A stretch of 64,000 nucleotides of DNA, from NCBI GenBank assembly GCA_963740315.1, contig CAVUDP010000002.1:224001-288000 (forward strand). Reading direction: 5' to 3'. The stretch is from an uncultured cyanobacterium (GTDB lineage: Bacteria; Cyanobacteriota; Cyanobacteriia; Cyanobacteriales; Nostocaceae). Position numbers and translations under genes: made by a program. A model generated the notes under the pieces. It ran no database searches and was not told the DNA's origin. It saw only the letters and a list, made by a program, of their open reading frames with translations. This document shows, piece by piece, positions 11,094 to 21,619 of the stretch (the first letter of the stretch is position 1; each line of letters begins with the position of its first letter).

Positions 11094-11699
11094 TTAATTA
11101 ATCGACTTTTTAGAATCCCAACCGACTGGTTGCGTTTGATTCATTTGCTCTTCGGGCAAACTTTCCGCTGCTTTTGGTATTGGTATCGGTGGATTATTCA
11201 AAGCAACCATAGGTAACAATGCAATTTCATCCGAAGAAGTTTTTTGTGGTTGTTCTATAGATTGCTTCGCAAACTCTAACAACCCAGCTTGATTACCCGG
11301 AATTAAACTTGATAGCGAACCAATAACGCAAGCAGCAACGGCAGCACCTCCGAACATACAAACTATTTTGGTTCGACGGCGTAACCGTGCCATTACACTA
11401 TTAACTGTTTCTTCTATTGAATTGTCTGAGTGCGGTACTGGAAGATTCCGCAAGCCTTGCCGTACTGATAAAAGTCTTCTGTGCAAACTTTGTACAGAGG
11501 GATCGTTTGCTAACCACTCTTCTACTTGCCTGCGTTCGTCGGCAGTTACCTCACTGTCAAGGTAAGCACTCAGTAACTCGAAGCGATCGCGCTTCATCAT
11601 ATTCTTAGCACCCGTTAATTTATTGGTATTAGGGTCATTCCCATCCCGCAATTTTTGACCTTGCAAGCGGGAATCGTCAAAGTGATGTTCTGTATTCAT
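11094..11699 (-). CDS. Membrane-anchored anti-sigma factor cognate to SigG
   Basis: DRFELLSAYLDSEVTADERRQVEEWL anti-sigma motif plus one TM helix; directly downstream of sigG. Confidence 0.88.
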   Translation of the reverse strand: MNTEHHFDDSRLQGQKLRDGNDPNTNKLTGAKNMMKRDRFELLSAYLDSEVTADERRQVEEWLANDPSVQSLHRRLLSVRQGLRNLPVPHSDNSIEETVNSVMARLRRRTKIVCMFGGAAVAACVIGSLSSLIPGNQAGLLEFAKQSIEQPQKTSSDEIALLPMVALNNPPIPIPKAAESLPEEQMNQTQPVGWDSKKSIN

Positions 11700-12019
11700 C
11701 TTAACATTATTACCAATTAATACACGGCTATATACAGCGGGCAAGCTTAAGAATTGACGAGAATTTGATCCCAACGGCGGACGCAAAATTACGGTTTTTA
11801 GTAAATGCTCAAAAATTTAACAGTTTGGTGGTTCTAGAGGAATATTTAAAATTACTATTTAGTATCCTCGTCTAAATTTTTATTTTAGGATTAAACAATT
11901 TGAGTGTCGTCAAATCTACATTTAGAATTCCACCAAACTGAATTCTAGATTTATTCTCGTTTTCTTCATTAATTGGAGAATTTTACTTTTAATATGAAAT
12001 GAAACTCAAAAAAAGCAAC

Positions 12020-12676
12020 TTAGATATCTACATAAGTTTGTAATTGAGCTTGCAGTCGGGATCTAGCTCTAGCAATTCTTGACTTAACGGTTCCTAAAGA
12101 AACACCAGTAATTTCGGCAATTTCTTCATATGCCAATCCTTCAATTTCTCGCAACACTATAGTGGTACGAAATACTTCGGGTAAATCGGCGATCGCTAAG
12201 CGCAATTGCTCGTAAAATTCTCTTGTTGTCAGTTCTTCTTCCGGTCCGGGAGTATCGCCAGCGATTTCCCAATCCATTTCTCCATCGTCTAAGGTACGGG
12301 GAGCATCAAGTGATAAAGGACTAACAACTCGCTTGCGTTTACGTAACTCGTCGTAAAACAAATTTGTAGCAATACGACTCAACCAACCTCGGAATTTACA
12401 GGGGTCTTGCAACCGACTAATATTGCGGAAAACTCGTATCCAAACTTCCTGAGCTAAATCTGCTCTATCGGACCAATCGGGTGCTAAGTGATATAAAACT
12501 CTATCCACTTGCGATTGATAGCGACGCATCAGTTCTGCGAAGGCAGTACGTTCGGGGCGTACACCAGTCTGACAGCGCAAAATCAAGTCATGGTTTGAAA
12601 GTTTATCAACTTCTACTGACGTTTCGGGGAACCTAGCATCGAGAGTGGACCAAGATGCAGCAATCGATTGACTCAT
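12020..12676 (-). CDS. sigG: ECF RNA polymerase sigma factor SigG
   Basis: DLAQEVWIRV, FRGWLSRIATNLFYDELRKRKR, region 4 EEIAEITGVSLGTVKSRIARAR; cyanobacterial SigG sequence and context. Confidence 0.92.
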   Translation of the reverse strand: MSQSIAASWSTLDARFPETSVEVDKLSNHDLILRCQTGVRPERTAFAELMRRYQSQVDRVLYHLAPDWSDRADLAQEVWIRVFRNISRLQDPCKFRGWLSRIATNLFYDELRKRKRVVSPLSLDAPRTLDDGEMDWEIAGDTPGPEEELTTREFYEQLRLAIADLPEVFRTTIVLREIEGLAYEEIAEITGVSLGTVKSRIARARSRLQAQLQTYVDI

Positions 12677-12708
12677 ATATCTTACTGGCTTTAAATCATC
12701 CCTATCTA

Positions 12709-12736
12709 TTAGACCCTACGACGCTTCGTTAGTTCC
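12709..12736 (-). promoter_or_regulatory. ECF (SigG/sigmaE-type) autoregulatory promoter
   Basis: Minus strand GGAAC-N17-GTCTAA ending 32 nt upstream of the sigG ATG. Confidence 0.7.
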
Positions 12737-13620
12737 CCTACAAAGTGACGGATTTACAACTGGAACAAATATGGCTGGTAAGTTTCAGTAAAATCACGGC
12801 TTTTTATTGGTCTTCAGAAATGGCTGCACTAACTGTTACAAGGGCGTTTTCACACCAATTATGCTTGTTAAAAGTCAGAATGGTTATCTAGTGCCAAAAT
12901 TATAATTGCCTATTTTATGTTCGTTTGACAATGAGTAGACTTGTATCCCGCTATACTAAACAAAATGATGTTAGTTGCTTGAAAGGCTAATTTTTTTTTA
13001 TCAAAAATTTCAGAATTAAACTCATAAACACGGTAAAAATAAATGAATCAGAATTTTAGCAAATTCATATAATTTTTATAAATGATAATATTCATGATTT
13101 TATAAAAAAGTTTGATAAATTTTGAGCAATAAGTATCGCTTTTGACAGTTGTTTAATAAACTACAAAATTTGATACATTTAAGTTTTTAGTAGCTAACAA
13201 AATTTTATTTTTGTAGCAGCCGGACTAAAATCTGAGGTTCTACATCCGTTTGTTTCGGATAAATACCCTCAGAATCGTTATGTAACGGTACTTGAACTTG
13301 CATAAACATATTCAAGGAAAATGTAATGCTTACTGCGAGTAATAATTTTTCTAACATGATTTCTCTCCCACCTTCCTACGTTAATGATTGGTAATACCAG
13401 TTATTAAGTTCCGGATATTAACCTATTCCCTGAAGTTTTTTTTGTACTATTAGTAATATTAAAAACCGGGATAGCCTTAGTTTGCCCGCAAATAAACGCT
13501 AAATTAGTAAACAAACCAATAAGAGTTTGTAAATGTTTGATGATATTAGTCCCAACTATGATTAGTTAAAAGGTTAATGAAGAGAAGCGTGTGTATGGGA
13601 GGCTTTCTGGAGGTACAAAA

Positions 13621-14283
13621 ATGGTACGAAATGATTCTTTAGCGCGTATAGTGATGTTACTCTGCTTCGGTACGGCAATTTTATCTTTAACCCTTCATTG
13701 GCGAATGAGTGATTCGATGCCAAAAACGGCTAAGAATCCAGATGTAGTTAGTAAAACCGTACCAGAAAATTTTTTCGCACGGCAAATTAGACGCTTTGCA
13801 TCTGTAGGAAAAAACGTAATGTCCGATTCGGCGACACCATCAAAGACACCAGCACTCTTCCCAGAGCAATCTTTATCGAGTCTAAATGCATCTCCCGAGA
13901 AAAAAGTTGTAGTTGATTTGAGCGATCGCCGAGTTTATGTGTATCGTCAAAATACGGTTATCGCTAGCTATCCGATTGGCGTAGGAAAAAAAGGTTGGGA
14001 AACACCTATAGGAACGTTTGAGGTGTTACATATGCGGAAGTACCCTGCATGGCAACATCCAATTACTGGCAAAGTGTTTGCAGCAGGAGCAAACAGTCCT
14101 TTAGGAGAACGTTGGATTGGTTTTTGGTCTGATGGACATAACGAAATTGGTTTTCACGGGACACCAGACTCGGGACTGGTAGGGAGTCCCGTATCTCACG
14201 GCTGTTTAAGAATGCGTAATCCCGACGTTCGCTTACTCTACGAACAATTAAGTTTGGGAGTTGCAGTGCAGGTGCGTAATTAA
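13621..14283 (+). CDS. L,D-transpeptidase (YkuD/ErfK family)
   Basis: VVDLSDRRVY, YPIGVGK..TP.G, IGFHGT..SHGCLRM; GGAGG RBS before ATG 13621. Confidence 0.92.
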   Translation: MVRNDSLARIVMLLCFGTAILSLTLHWRMSDSMPKTAKNPDVVSKTVPENFFARQIRRFASVGKNVMSDSATPSKTPALFPEQSLSSLNASPEKKVVVDLSDRRVYVYRQNTVIASYPIGVGKKGWETPIGTFEVLHMRKYPAWQHPITGKVFAAGANSPLGERWIGFWSDGHNEIGFHGTPDSGLVGSPVSHGCLRMRNPDVRLLYEQLSLGVAVQVRN

Positions 14284-14310
14284 CTAATGGGTAATGGGGG
14301 ATGGGGAGAT

Positions 14311-14437
14311 GGTAAGCCACTGCGCCCTCGCGGGTTCCCCGACTTGTAGCAAGTGGCGCAACCCGTTACTCTAACGAGTCGTGCCGCGCTGAACACGCGT
14401 TCACCGCGCTTGTGCGGCGAGGGCGTGCGGCGAGCGG
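14311..14437. repeat. Nested small dispersed repeat
   Basis: GGTAAGCC..GGGTTCCCCGACTTGTAGCAAGTGGCGCAACCCG plus inserted hairpins; shares blocks with 21793-21979. Confidence 0.75.
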
Positions 14438-14548
14438 GGGAGATGGGGAGAAGAATAACTAACTCTTAACTCTTAACTCTTAACTCTTAACTCTTAACTC
14501 CTAATTCCTAATTCCTAACTCTTAACTCTTAACTCTTAACTCCTAATT

Positions 14549-14599
14549 CCGGTGGTCCGGTGGTCCGGTGGTCCGGTGGTCCGGTGGTCCGGTGGTCCG
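14549..14599. repeat. (CCGGTGGT)n octamer tandem repeat
   Basis: Six full units; isolated units also near 50297-50320. Confidence 0.9.
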
Positions 14600-14631
14600 T
14601 GAACCATGCCCCATCCCCCATACCTAACTTT

Positions 14632-15180
14632 TCAGCTTTTTTGCTCAAAGTTTGGTGCGTAAGCCTGAAGTAACGTACTAACTTGACGCAATACTTCGTT
14701 GCCACTGTTTTTACCAATCGCTTGACGTTCGGGGAAGAAGTTAGGTCTGTCTAAATAACGAGAAATTGCTTCTCCTACTTGTTGCGAAATAAATTCTTGA
14801 AGTTCAGTTTTCGCTCTCTGACGTTGATAGGTAGCACCTTCTTCAGTGGTAGCGTATAAGGGTGGAAGACGGTTGAGTGCGTAAGCAGCAATATCTCCTA
14901 CATCAAGGGAGCTTTCGCTAATTGCTTCAATTTCTGCTACTCGTGCGATCGCCTCCGTTAATACCAACTCTTCCATGACGTTAATGAATTGTTTGCGAGG
15001 TACCGCCACAACCTCACCAGTTAACAATGCCCCCATTAATCTATCTAGTGCCATGTACTCTTCGATAGAGAGTTCGGAGGCATTGTCGCAAATGCGCCCA
15101 ACTTCAGCTTCCATTGCTGGTGTTAGATAACCATCCTGGAGAGCTTGTTCTACAATTTTTTCGATACTCATAACGCTCAT
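14632..15180 (-). CDS. cdgR: ComFB-domain protein (CdgR-like c-di-GMP receptor)
   Basis: MSIEKIVEQALQDGYLTP..INVMEELV..DIAAYALNRLPPLYATTEEG (ComFB); lies between the M23 peptidase and LDT/sigG as recalled for Anabaena. Confidence 0.8.
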   Translation of the reverse strand: MSVMSIEKIVEQALQDGYLTPAMEAEVGRICDNASELSIEEYMALDRLMGALLTGEVVAVPRKQFINVMEELVLTEAIARVAEIEAISESSLDVGDIAAYALNRLPPLYATTEEGATYQRQRAKTELQEFISQQVGEAISRYLDRPNFFPERQAIGKNSGNEVLRQVSTLLQAYAPNFEQKS

Positions 15181-15294
15181 TTTATTATCAGCCACCCAAA
15201 GCTTGGTAGGACGGTACCAATTTAATTTATTACTTTTCCTGCTAATGGTAAATAATACACATTTTACTGACAAAAGTAACGAATAAAATCTTTA

Positions 15295-16200
15295 TTATTT
15301 AATTCCATCGTACCGCCAGGGCACTGGATCGACAGCTTGCCCGTTGACGTACAAACCCCAGTGTAAATGAGGACCTGTTGAAGCACCAGTGGAACCGATC
15401 CCGCCAATAAGTTGACCTGGTTTAACCATGTCGCCTTCTTTGACGTTGATACGATTCAGGTGCATAAAAATGCTAGTCACTCCTTGTCCGTGGTCAATGC
15501 CCACTACGTTACCGTGAACATTGAAACCCTGAGATACTGTACCTACTAAAGCAACCCGTCCAGCCGCTGGTGCAACTACGGGCGAACCATAGCCACCTGC
15601 GTAATCAACGCCACGATGGTAATAGTCATTTGCAAATTTACCATTATAGTAGCGACGTACACCATAAATTGCACTAATACGTGAATTATTTGGTCTGCGG
15701 AAAGAACCGTTCCAGTATTTTTGTGGGGTGACAAGTGCTTTGAAAGCTTTAACTCGATCGAGTTCGTATTGTGTCGCTTTTAAACCACCTTTACCACCGC
15801 GCAGAGTAATTCTTTGTGTAGGAAATTTACGATATTTTACCCATACAGCCAAATTTCGCGTTGTTCCATCACCTGAAACCTGAATTACTTTTCGTCCAGA
15901 TTTTTGTACTGGAGTAGTAGGAATTAAGGCACGATACTGATTTGGTGCAATTTGAAATACTGGGTAAGTTTCTCCGTTACTAGTCACACGTAAATTACCA
16001 CCATTAGCAGGGTTATCGGGAGTTACCATTACCGATATTGTGTCCCCTTGTTTGGGTGATGATGGATTTATTTGCACTTGTGCGGCTTCTGCTACGGAAG
16101 CAAAGGCAATTGGGATAGCGGTGGCAACACCTAACGCTATACCTTTAATCGTTGAAAGTGATCCATTTCCAAAATTAGCTACGTCTCGCTCGTTACTCAT
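15295..16200 (-). CDS. M23 family metallopeptidase, exported
   Basis: Signal peptide; HRGVD and STGPHLHW motifs. Confidence 0.93.
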   Translation of the reverse strand: MSNERDVANFGNGSLSTIKGIALGVATAIPIAFASVAEAAQVQINPSSPKQGDTISVMVTPDNPANGGNLRVTSNGETYPVFQIAPNQYRALIPTTPVQKSGRKVIQVSGDGTTRNLAVWVKYRKFPTQRITLRGGKGGLKATQYELDRVKAFKALVTPQKYWNGSFRRPNNSRISAIYGVRRYYNGKFANDYYHRGVDYAGGYGSPVVAPAAGRVALVGTVSQGFNVHGNVVGIDHGQGVTSIFMHLNRINVKEGDMVKPGQLIGGIGSTGASTGPHLHWGLYVNGQAVDPVPWRYDGIK

Positions 16201-17309
16201 ATATCTATAAACACATTTATTGCCTCTGTTATAAAACAGACTAATGTATTATATGTAGTGTTTCTTGCTTACAACATTTTCTTGTTTTTGCATTTTTTTT
16301 TGTTAACTTGAATACATTTATATTCTATTTCTTCAGTTGTCAAGTACCAGCCAAAGATTAATTTTTGACGGCATTAAAAAATAAGCGGATCTTGGGTAAA
16401 TAATTGAAACAATCAGAATCGCAGCTGATTATAGTTAGATCGTGTCTTTATGTAACTGGTTTCTACCACAGGCTATCAACCATAAGAGTTGAAAAAAGTT
16501 GCGATCGCTATTTACGAGCTTCCATACCAAGAATTACAGTAGTTTATAGTAGTCATAGAATATACGAATGCAAGTAATTCATCGACTTAGCCATAGCTAA
16601 TATTGGAAGGACTAAAAAATTAGTCATACATTATTTCAACTGAAGTGTATTATTAGATTGTTACTTTTTTAAATTATCTTTTTAAAATATGGTAACTAAT
16701 TAATATTTTTTTGCGTACAAAAATAAAGAATTGCTTGGCTTAATAAATAAACCAAGCATAACAAATTAGGAATTTTCAGCTGGGAGAAGAAATTAATAAC
16801 TATAATATACCCTCAAGAAATAAAATTCTGTTCGTTAAGAACAAAAAAGATCGAACTGAGTTTAACAGCTTAATTAGCAATAGAAAAGATAGTGTAATCC
16901 ATAAAAAAGAAAATTAACAGAAATAAAATTTATATAAATAGTAATAATTAAATAATTGAATCATATTTTATATTGCTACCGTTCGGATTTTCAATTCCGA
17001 TATATTTAGATAAAGCAATAAGGTGCGATCGCATTCGTCTTATTTAAGAGAATTAAGGAGGTATTTTCAAATTATATTAATTAGTTTTTAGTATATTTTC
17101 AACATCTGAGTGCTTAAGATGCGAAGCAAATAATTATATTTTCAGCAAATTTAGTCAAAGCATAAATAGATTTCAATTTATTTAAAGATCCCAAACACAA
17201 TAAAAAATAATGTTTTCTTAAAAACACTCTTAATTGAGAAGAAAGGTTATTGTGCATTATTATGCATAGATTTTCTGTATTAGGTTACGAAATTAAACTT
17301 AGATGAATT

Positions 17310-17323
17310 GTAACTAATATTAC
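17310..17323. promoter_or_regulatory. Candidate NtcA box
   Basis: tGTA-ACTAATAT-TACt upstream of the FAD oxidoreductase; no canonical N22 -10. Confidence 0.4.
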
Positions 17324-17412
17324 TATTTTTGCCTCTTTAAACGCTTGCGGTAAACATTTCCGCAATGGTAGCGTCTAAGACTGTCATAGGAGTTTAACTG
17401 AATTTGCTAACA

Positions 17413-19428
17413 ATGAAACGCTCGCTATCTCTACTTACTCTTTGCTCAACCTTTCTTTCATTCTTTACCCCGCTATTTGTTGTCGCTGCACCACCAAGAA
17501 ACCCAGATAAAACTGTAAAATGTGACATCTTGGTTGTGGGTGGTGGACTATCCGGTATAGCTACAGCTTATGAAGGTTTACTTGCAGGAAAAGAAGTTTG
17601 TGTAACAGAAATAACTGATTGGATGGGAGGACAAATCTCCTCTCAAGGAACATCCGCACTTGATGAACGTCCTACTCAACGTCAAAAGTTATTCTATTCT
17701 CGCGGCTATTTAGACTTACGAAAACGCATTCGCCAAACCTATGGTGAACTTAACCCCGGCGACTGTTGGGTAAGTGATTCTTGTTTCCTTCCTCGCGACG
17801 GTCATAAAGTGTTAGTTTCGCTACTCAAAGATGCTCAAAGAAAAGGCAGAGGTAAACTGCAATGGTTTCCTAACACTGTTGTTAAAGAACTTGAAACTGC
17901 TAACAGTGGAAAAATAATTGATAGCGCCTATGCTATTCAACACACAGCCCTCATAGGTGCGCCTCCACTCAATACTTTTCCTTTATCTCAAACCATTGAA
18001 GAAGCATATACTTATCAAAACTCTTCGGGTTTAAATAAGTCTATTATCCGCTTTGTTCCCAAGCAAAGTAGTAATGGCAATGCTCCTAATTGGTATGTAG
18101 TAGATGCTAGCGAAACCGGCGAAATTATTGGGCTTGCGGATGTTCCCCATCGTCTAGGTATCGATCCACGTTCTTATCTAGAACCTTCTGCTTCGAGTGC
18201 TACAAATGACCCTTACTGCACTCAAGGCTTTACTTACACCTTTGCAATGGAGACTACGAAAGATCCTCAACAGCATGAGATGCCGAGCTTTTATCCGCAA
18301 TACTCTCCTTACTACAGCTATGAATTAAAACGCTTGGCTAGCTTCGAGTTAGTGCATACCTATCGTCGTATTTGGAGTCCTAAAAAGGGCGAACCGATGA
18401 AATTTGGCGGTATTAATTTCACTGCTCCTACGCCTGGGGACATTTCCATGCAAAACTGGACTTGGGGTAACGATTACCGTCCGGGAACCGCTGAAGATAA
18501 TCTGATTTATACCCGTGGGCAACTCCAAGCCAGCGGACAATTAGAACCCGGCAATTGGATGGGAGGACTCAGAACGGACGCTTTACGTAAAGGTGAGGAA
18601 ATTTCAAAAGGGTATTTTTACTGGTTGGTTAGGGGAACTACGGATTCTCAACTTGGTGAAGGTGTAAAGAAACTACATCCAAATCATCGCTATCTCAAAG
18701 GTTTAAACTCCCCGATGGGAACCGCACACGGTTTATCAAAATATCCGTATATGCGTGAAGGAAGGCGTATTATTGGTCGCCCCGGTTATGCACATCCTCA
18801 AGGTTTTGCCATCGAGGAAATTGATATTTCTCGCCGCGATTACACTGACGAATATTACCAAAAGACTTTACCTGCAAGAATGTATCGTCGGTTGAAAGCT
18901 TCTTTAGCGGGTTTAGAAGCAACATCGGTTCTTACTGGGCAGAAGCGTCCGGAAGACGTAGCACGGCGGACTCGTTCTACTATTTTCCCAGATGCGGTAG
19001 GTATTGGACATTACGCAATTGATTTTCATCCCTGCATGACAAAAAGTCCTCCTGAAGCGCCAGGAAATACCGAACGTGAAGGTGAAAGACGCGGTGCGGG
19101 ACAAGCTTATCCGTTCCAAATTGCACTTCGGGCAATGATTCCTCAGAAAATCGATAATTTATTAGTAGCTGGTAAAAGTATCGCTACCAGTCACATTGCT
19201 GCTGCTGCTTATCGCGTACATTCCTTTGAATGGTCTGCGGGAGCCGCTGCGGGAACTACAGCAGCTTTTGCACTCAAAAATAATATCGCACCTTATGAAT
19301 TAGTGGATGAATTACCATTACCCGAACCCCAGCTAATTAAATTACAACGCCTGTTAAAACAAAACAATAACCCGACTGCTTTCCCCGATACTTCAATTTT
19401 CAATGAAAATTGGGATGATTGGAAATAA
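17413..19428 (+). CDS. Exported FAD-dependent oxidoreductase (FAD_oxidored-like)
   Basis: Signal peptide; DILVVGGGLSG dinucleotide fold, WMGGQISSQG, YMREGRR, NLLVAGKSI. Confidence 0.88.
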   Translation: MKRSLSLLTLCSTFLSFFTPLFVVAAPPRNPDKTVKCDILVVGGGLSGIATAYEGLLAGKEVCVTEITDWMGGQISSQGTSALDERPTQRQKLFYSRGYLDLRKRIRQTYGELNPGDCWVSDSCFLPRDGHKVLVSLLKDAQRKGRGKLQWFPNTVVKELETANSGKIIDSAYAIQHTALIGAPPLNTFPLSQTIEEAYTYQNSSGLNKSIIRFVPKQSSNGNAPNWYVVDASETGEIIGLADVPHRLGIDPRSYLEPSASSATNDPYCTQGFTYTFAMETTKDPQQHEMPSFYPQYSPYYSYELKRLASFELVHTYRRIWSPKKGEPMKFGGINFTAPTPGDISMQNWTWGNDYRPGTAEDNLIYTRGQLQASGQLEPGNWMGGLRTDALRKGEEISKGYFYWLVRGTTDSQLGEGVKKLHPNHRYLKGLNSPMGTAHGLSKYPYMREGRRIIGRPGYAHPQGFAIEEIDISRRDYTDEYYQKTLPARMYRRLKASLAGLEATSVLTGQKRPEDVARRTRSTIFPDAVGIGHYAIDFHPCMTKSPPEAPGNTEREGERRGAGQAYPFQIALRAMIPQKIDNLLVAGKSIATSHIAAAAYRVHSFEWSAGAAAGTTAAFALKNNIAPYELVDELPLPEPQLIKLQRLLKQNNNPTAFPDTSIFNENWDDWK

Positions 19429-19753
19429 GTAGGCAGTTATCAGTTAGCAGTTACCAGTTATCACCAGTTGAGTGCGATCGATCCGTTGCTAACGGGGAGT
19501 ATAGTAAAGTAATAGTTAACTAAGCTATTTCACATACAAGAAAGGACGGAGTATGGTGCCAAGTTCACAAAAAACTTGTCATCATAAGAGCGTGCAATCT
19601 CAGATGTAATATCAACTTATAATAGCTAAACTGATTTGTTCGCGCTATAAAAATGATAATTGATAATTGATAACTGATAACCACTCACTGCTAACAATGC
19701 ATTAAACTAATTATTTGTAATGTGTTTCTTATGAAAATCTGTAGTGAATTTTT

Positions 19754-20080
19754 ATGTTAACTAAAGTAAACTCCAATTTTTATGGGATGGCGAATGCACC
19801 AACCATAACTCCCGATCGCGTGAGTGAGGTTACGCGCAAACCCTATCCCAATTATAAAGTTATTGTCCTCAACGATGACTTTAATACTTTTCAACACGTT
19901 GCTGATTGTTTGACGAAATATATTCCGGGAATGACTGGCGATCGCGCTTGGGATCTCACCAATCAGATACATTATGAAGGACAAGCAACTGTTTGGATCG
20001 GTCCTCAAGAACCTGCCGAACTATATCACCAACAATTGCGTCGGGCTGGTTTGACAATGGCACCTCTTGAGGCGGCGTAA
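19754..20080 (+). CDS. clpS: ATP-dependent Clp protease adaptor ClpS
   Basis: YKVIVLNDDFNTFQHV..QIHYEGQA. Confidence 0.93.
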   Translation: MLTKVNSNFYGMANAPTITPDRVSEVTRKPYPNYKVIVLNDDFNTFQHVADCLTKYIPGMTGDRAWDLTNQIHYEGQATVWIGPQEPAELYHQQLRRAGLTMAPLEAA

Positions 20081-20085
20081 AAATA

Positions 20086-20415
20086 ATGGCTAAACCCACC
20101 TCGAAATCCGGTAAGGCAATTTCTAACCGCGAGAAAAATGGTAGACTCGTTTGGAATCACTCCACTCACATTAACGGTCTTATCCCTATTCTCGAACGTC
20201 TCTGCAACCAAGATAGCATTCAGACCATAACACCCGGAGAAATCCGCCGTGTAAGAGGTCACTCCCCTCATATGCAATTACGAGTGTCGGTTCCAATTCG
20301 AGGTGGGTTTAAAGTCATCGCCCGTCAAGGAAAGACGGTGCAAGAAGTGTTTATCTTAACTACTTTGGAAGAAGATGAATTTCTTGATGCAATCGCAATT
20401 GCAATGAAAAAATAA
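20086..20415 (+). CDS. DUF2103-domain protein
   Basis: LVWNHSTHINGLIPILE..TITPG..GFKVIARQGKTVQEVFI. Confidence 0.8.
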   Translation: MAKPTSKSGKAISNREKNGRLVWNHSTHINGLIPILERLCNQDSIQTITPGEIRRVRGHSPHMQLRVSVPIRGGFKVIARQGKTVQEVFILTTLEEDEFLDAIAIAMKK

Positions 20416-20571
20416 TTACTTAGTTATTAGTTGTTAGTTGTTAGTTGTTAGTTGTTAGTTGTTAGTTGTTAGCAACCAAAAATACATTGTAAGTAGTACG
20501 AGCATCTTGCAATCTTTCCGGCTCGCACTACGGAAATTAATTGGAATGACTAAAAATTCCATTATTCACTT

Positions 20572-20919
20572 TTAATCATGAACTTGTCGCATTGCAAATT
20601 TATGCAGTGGCAAGCAGAGAATGCAGGAAAAAGTTAGGAAGTATGACAAAGCGGTAGTCATTCTCAAACTCATTAATAGAGTTTCCCATTCAGGCAAAAC
20701 TATTTTTTCAATTCCAAAAGCAACGCAATAAACCAACCAATATGAAAAGCTCATTCTAAACAAAATTTTTTCAGTTTGCTGTATTTCGCTCTCAAGCTGG
20801 TCTTTATCCCACAATAGTCCTAAACCCGTAATGCAAGCAACAAACGAAAGCATTACAAAAAAGTCGTGACAAATAAAATTTACAGAATGCATGGCATGTT
20901 TATGCAAAAACTTTTCCAT
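20572..20919 (-). CDS. Small integral membrane hypothetical protein
   Basis: Three hydrophobic segments. Confidence 0.65.
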   Translation of the reverse strand: MEKFLHKHAMHSVNFICHDFFVMLSFVACITGLGLLWDKDQLESEIQQTEKILFRMSFSYWLVYCVAFGIEKIVLPEWETLLMSLRMTTALSYFLTFSCILCLPLHKFAMRQVHD

Positions 20920-21133
20920 AGAAAATAAGTCTAAAGGAATAACTCGTAAGAAGTAATGCTTCTGTAACGAACTGCAATATATGAATGATTTCTTGTTAAG
21001 AAATGCTATGAAATAATAATTTTTTAATCAGTTACCAGTTACCAGTTACCAGTTAACAGTTACCAGTTAGAAATTGATATTTCCCCTTGTCCCCTTGTCC
21101 CCTTGTCCCCCCATCTCCCCCGAACCCTATCTT

Positions 21134-21619
21134 TTACTCTTCTACTTCACAAGCACCAATACTTACCCAATTACTAGAGCCATCGCGATTATGTTCTTTT
21201 TTCCAAATGGGAGCATTATGCTTAAGAGTATCAATAGCGTAACGACAAGCATCGAAAGCTTCGGAGCGATGGGGACAACCCACGGCTACTAAAACGCTGA
21301 TTTCACCAATTTTTAAATGTCCGGTGCGATGATGAATTACTACGCGGTTTGTATCCGTCCATTTTTTCCGAATATCATCTGCAATTTGATAAAATACTCG
21401 CAATGCCATTGGTTCGTAAGCTTGGTATTCCAGCGAAATCACTGGTATTCCATCGGTTTGATTGCGAACTGTTCCACTCATTACCACAATTGCACCGTTG
21501 GCTGGGTGGTCGGCTAAATTGTAAACTTCTGACAGCGAAAGGGGTGCAAAGGTAATAGCAAAACTATCTTCCTCATTGGGTTTGAGTGCAGAATTAAAGA
21601 TATTTGAAGCAATTTTCAT
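21134..21619 (-). CDS. moaE: Molybdopterin synthase catalytic subunit
   Basis: GAIVVMSGTVR, LEYQAYEPMA, HHRTG.L.IGE, PHRSEAF, LKHNAPIWKKE. Confidence 0.95.
   Translation of the reverse strand: MKIASNIFNSALKPNEEDSFAITFAPLSLSEVYNLADHPANGAIVVMSGTVRNQTDGIPVISLEYQAYEPMALRVFYQIADDIRKKWTDTNRVVIHHRTGHLKIGEISVLVAVGCPHRSEAFDACRYAIDTLKHNAPIWKKEHNRDGSSNWVSIGACEVEE

Noticed and set aside
13410..13415. TCCGGA (DIF1 heterocyst promoter motif) upstream of the L,D-transpeptidase; another at ~51348
   Set aside because: A lone hexamer without a convincing matching -10 is expected by chance
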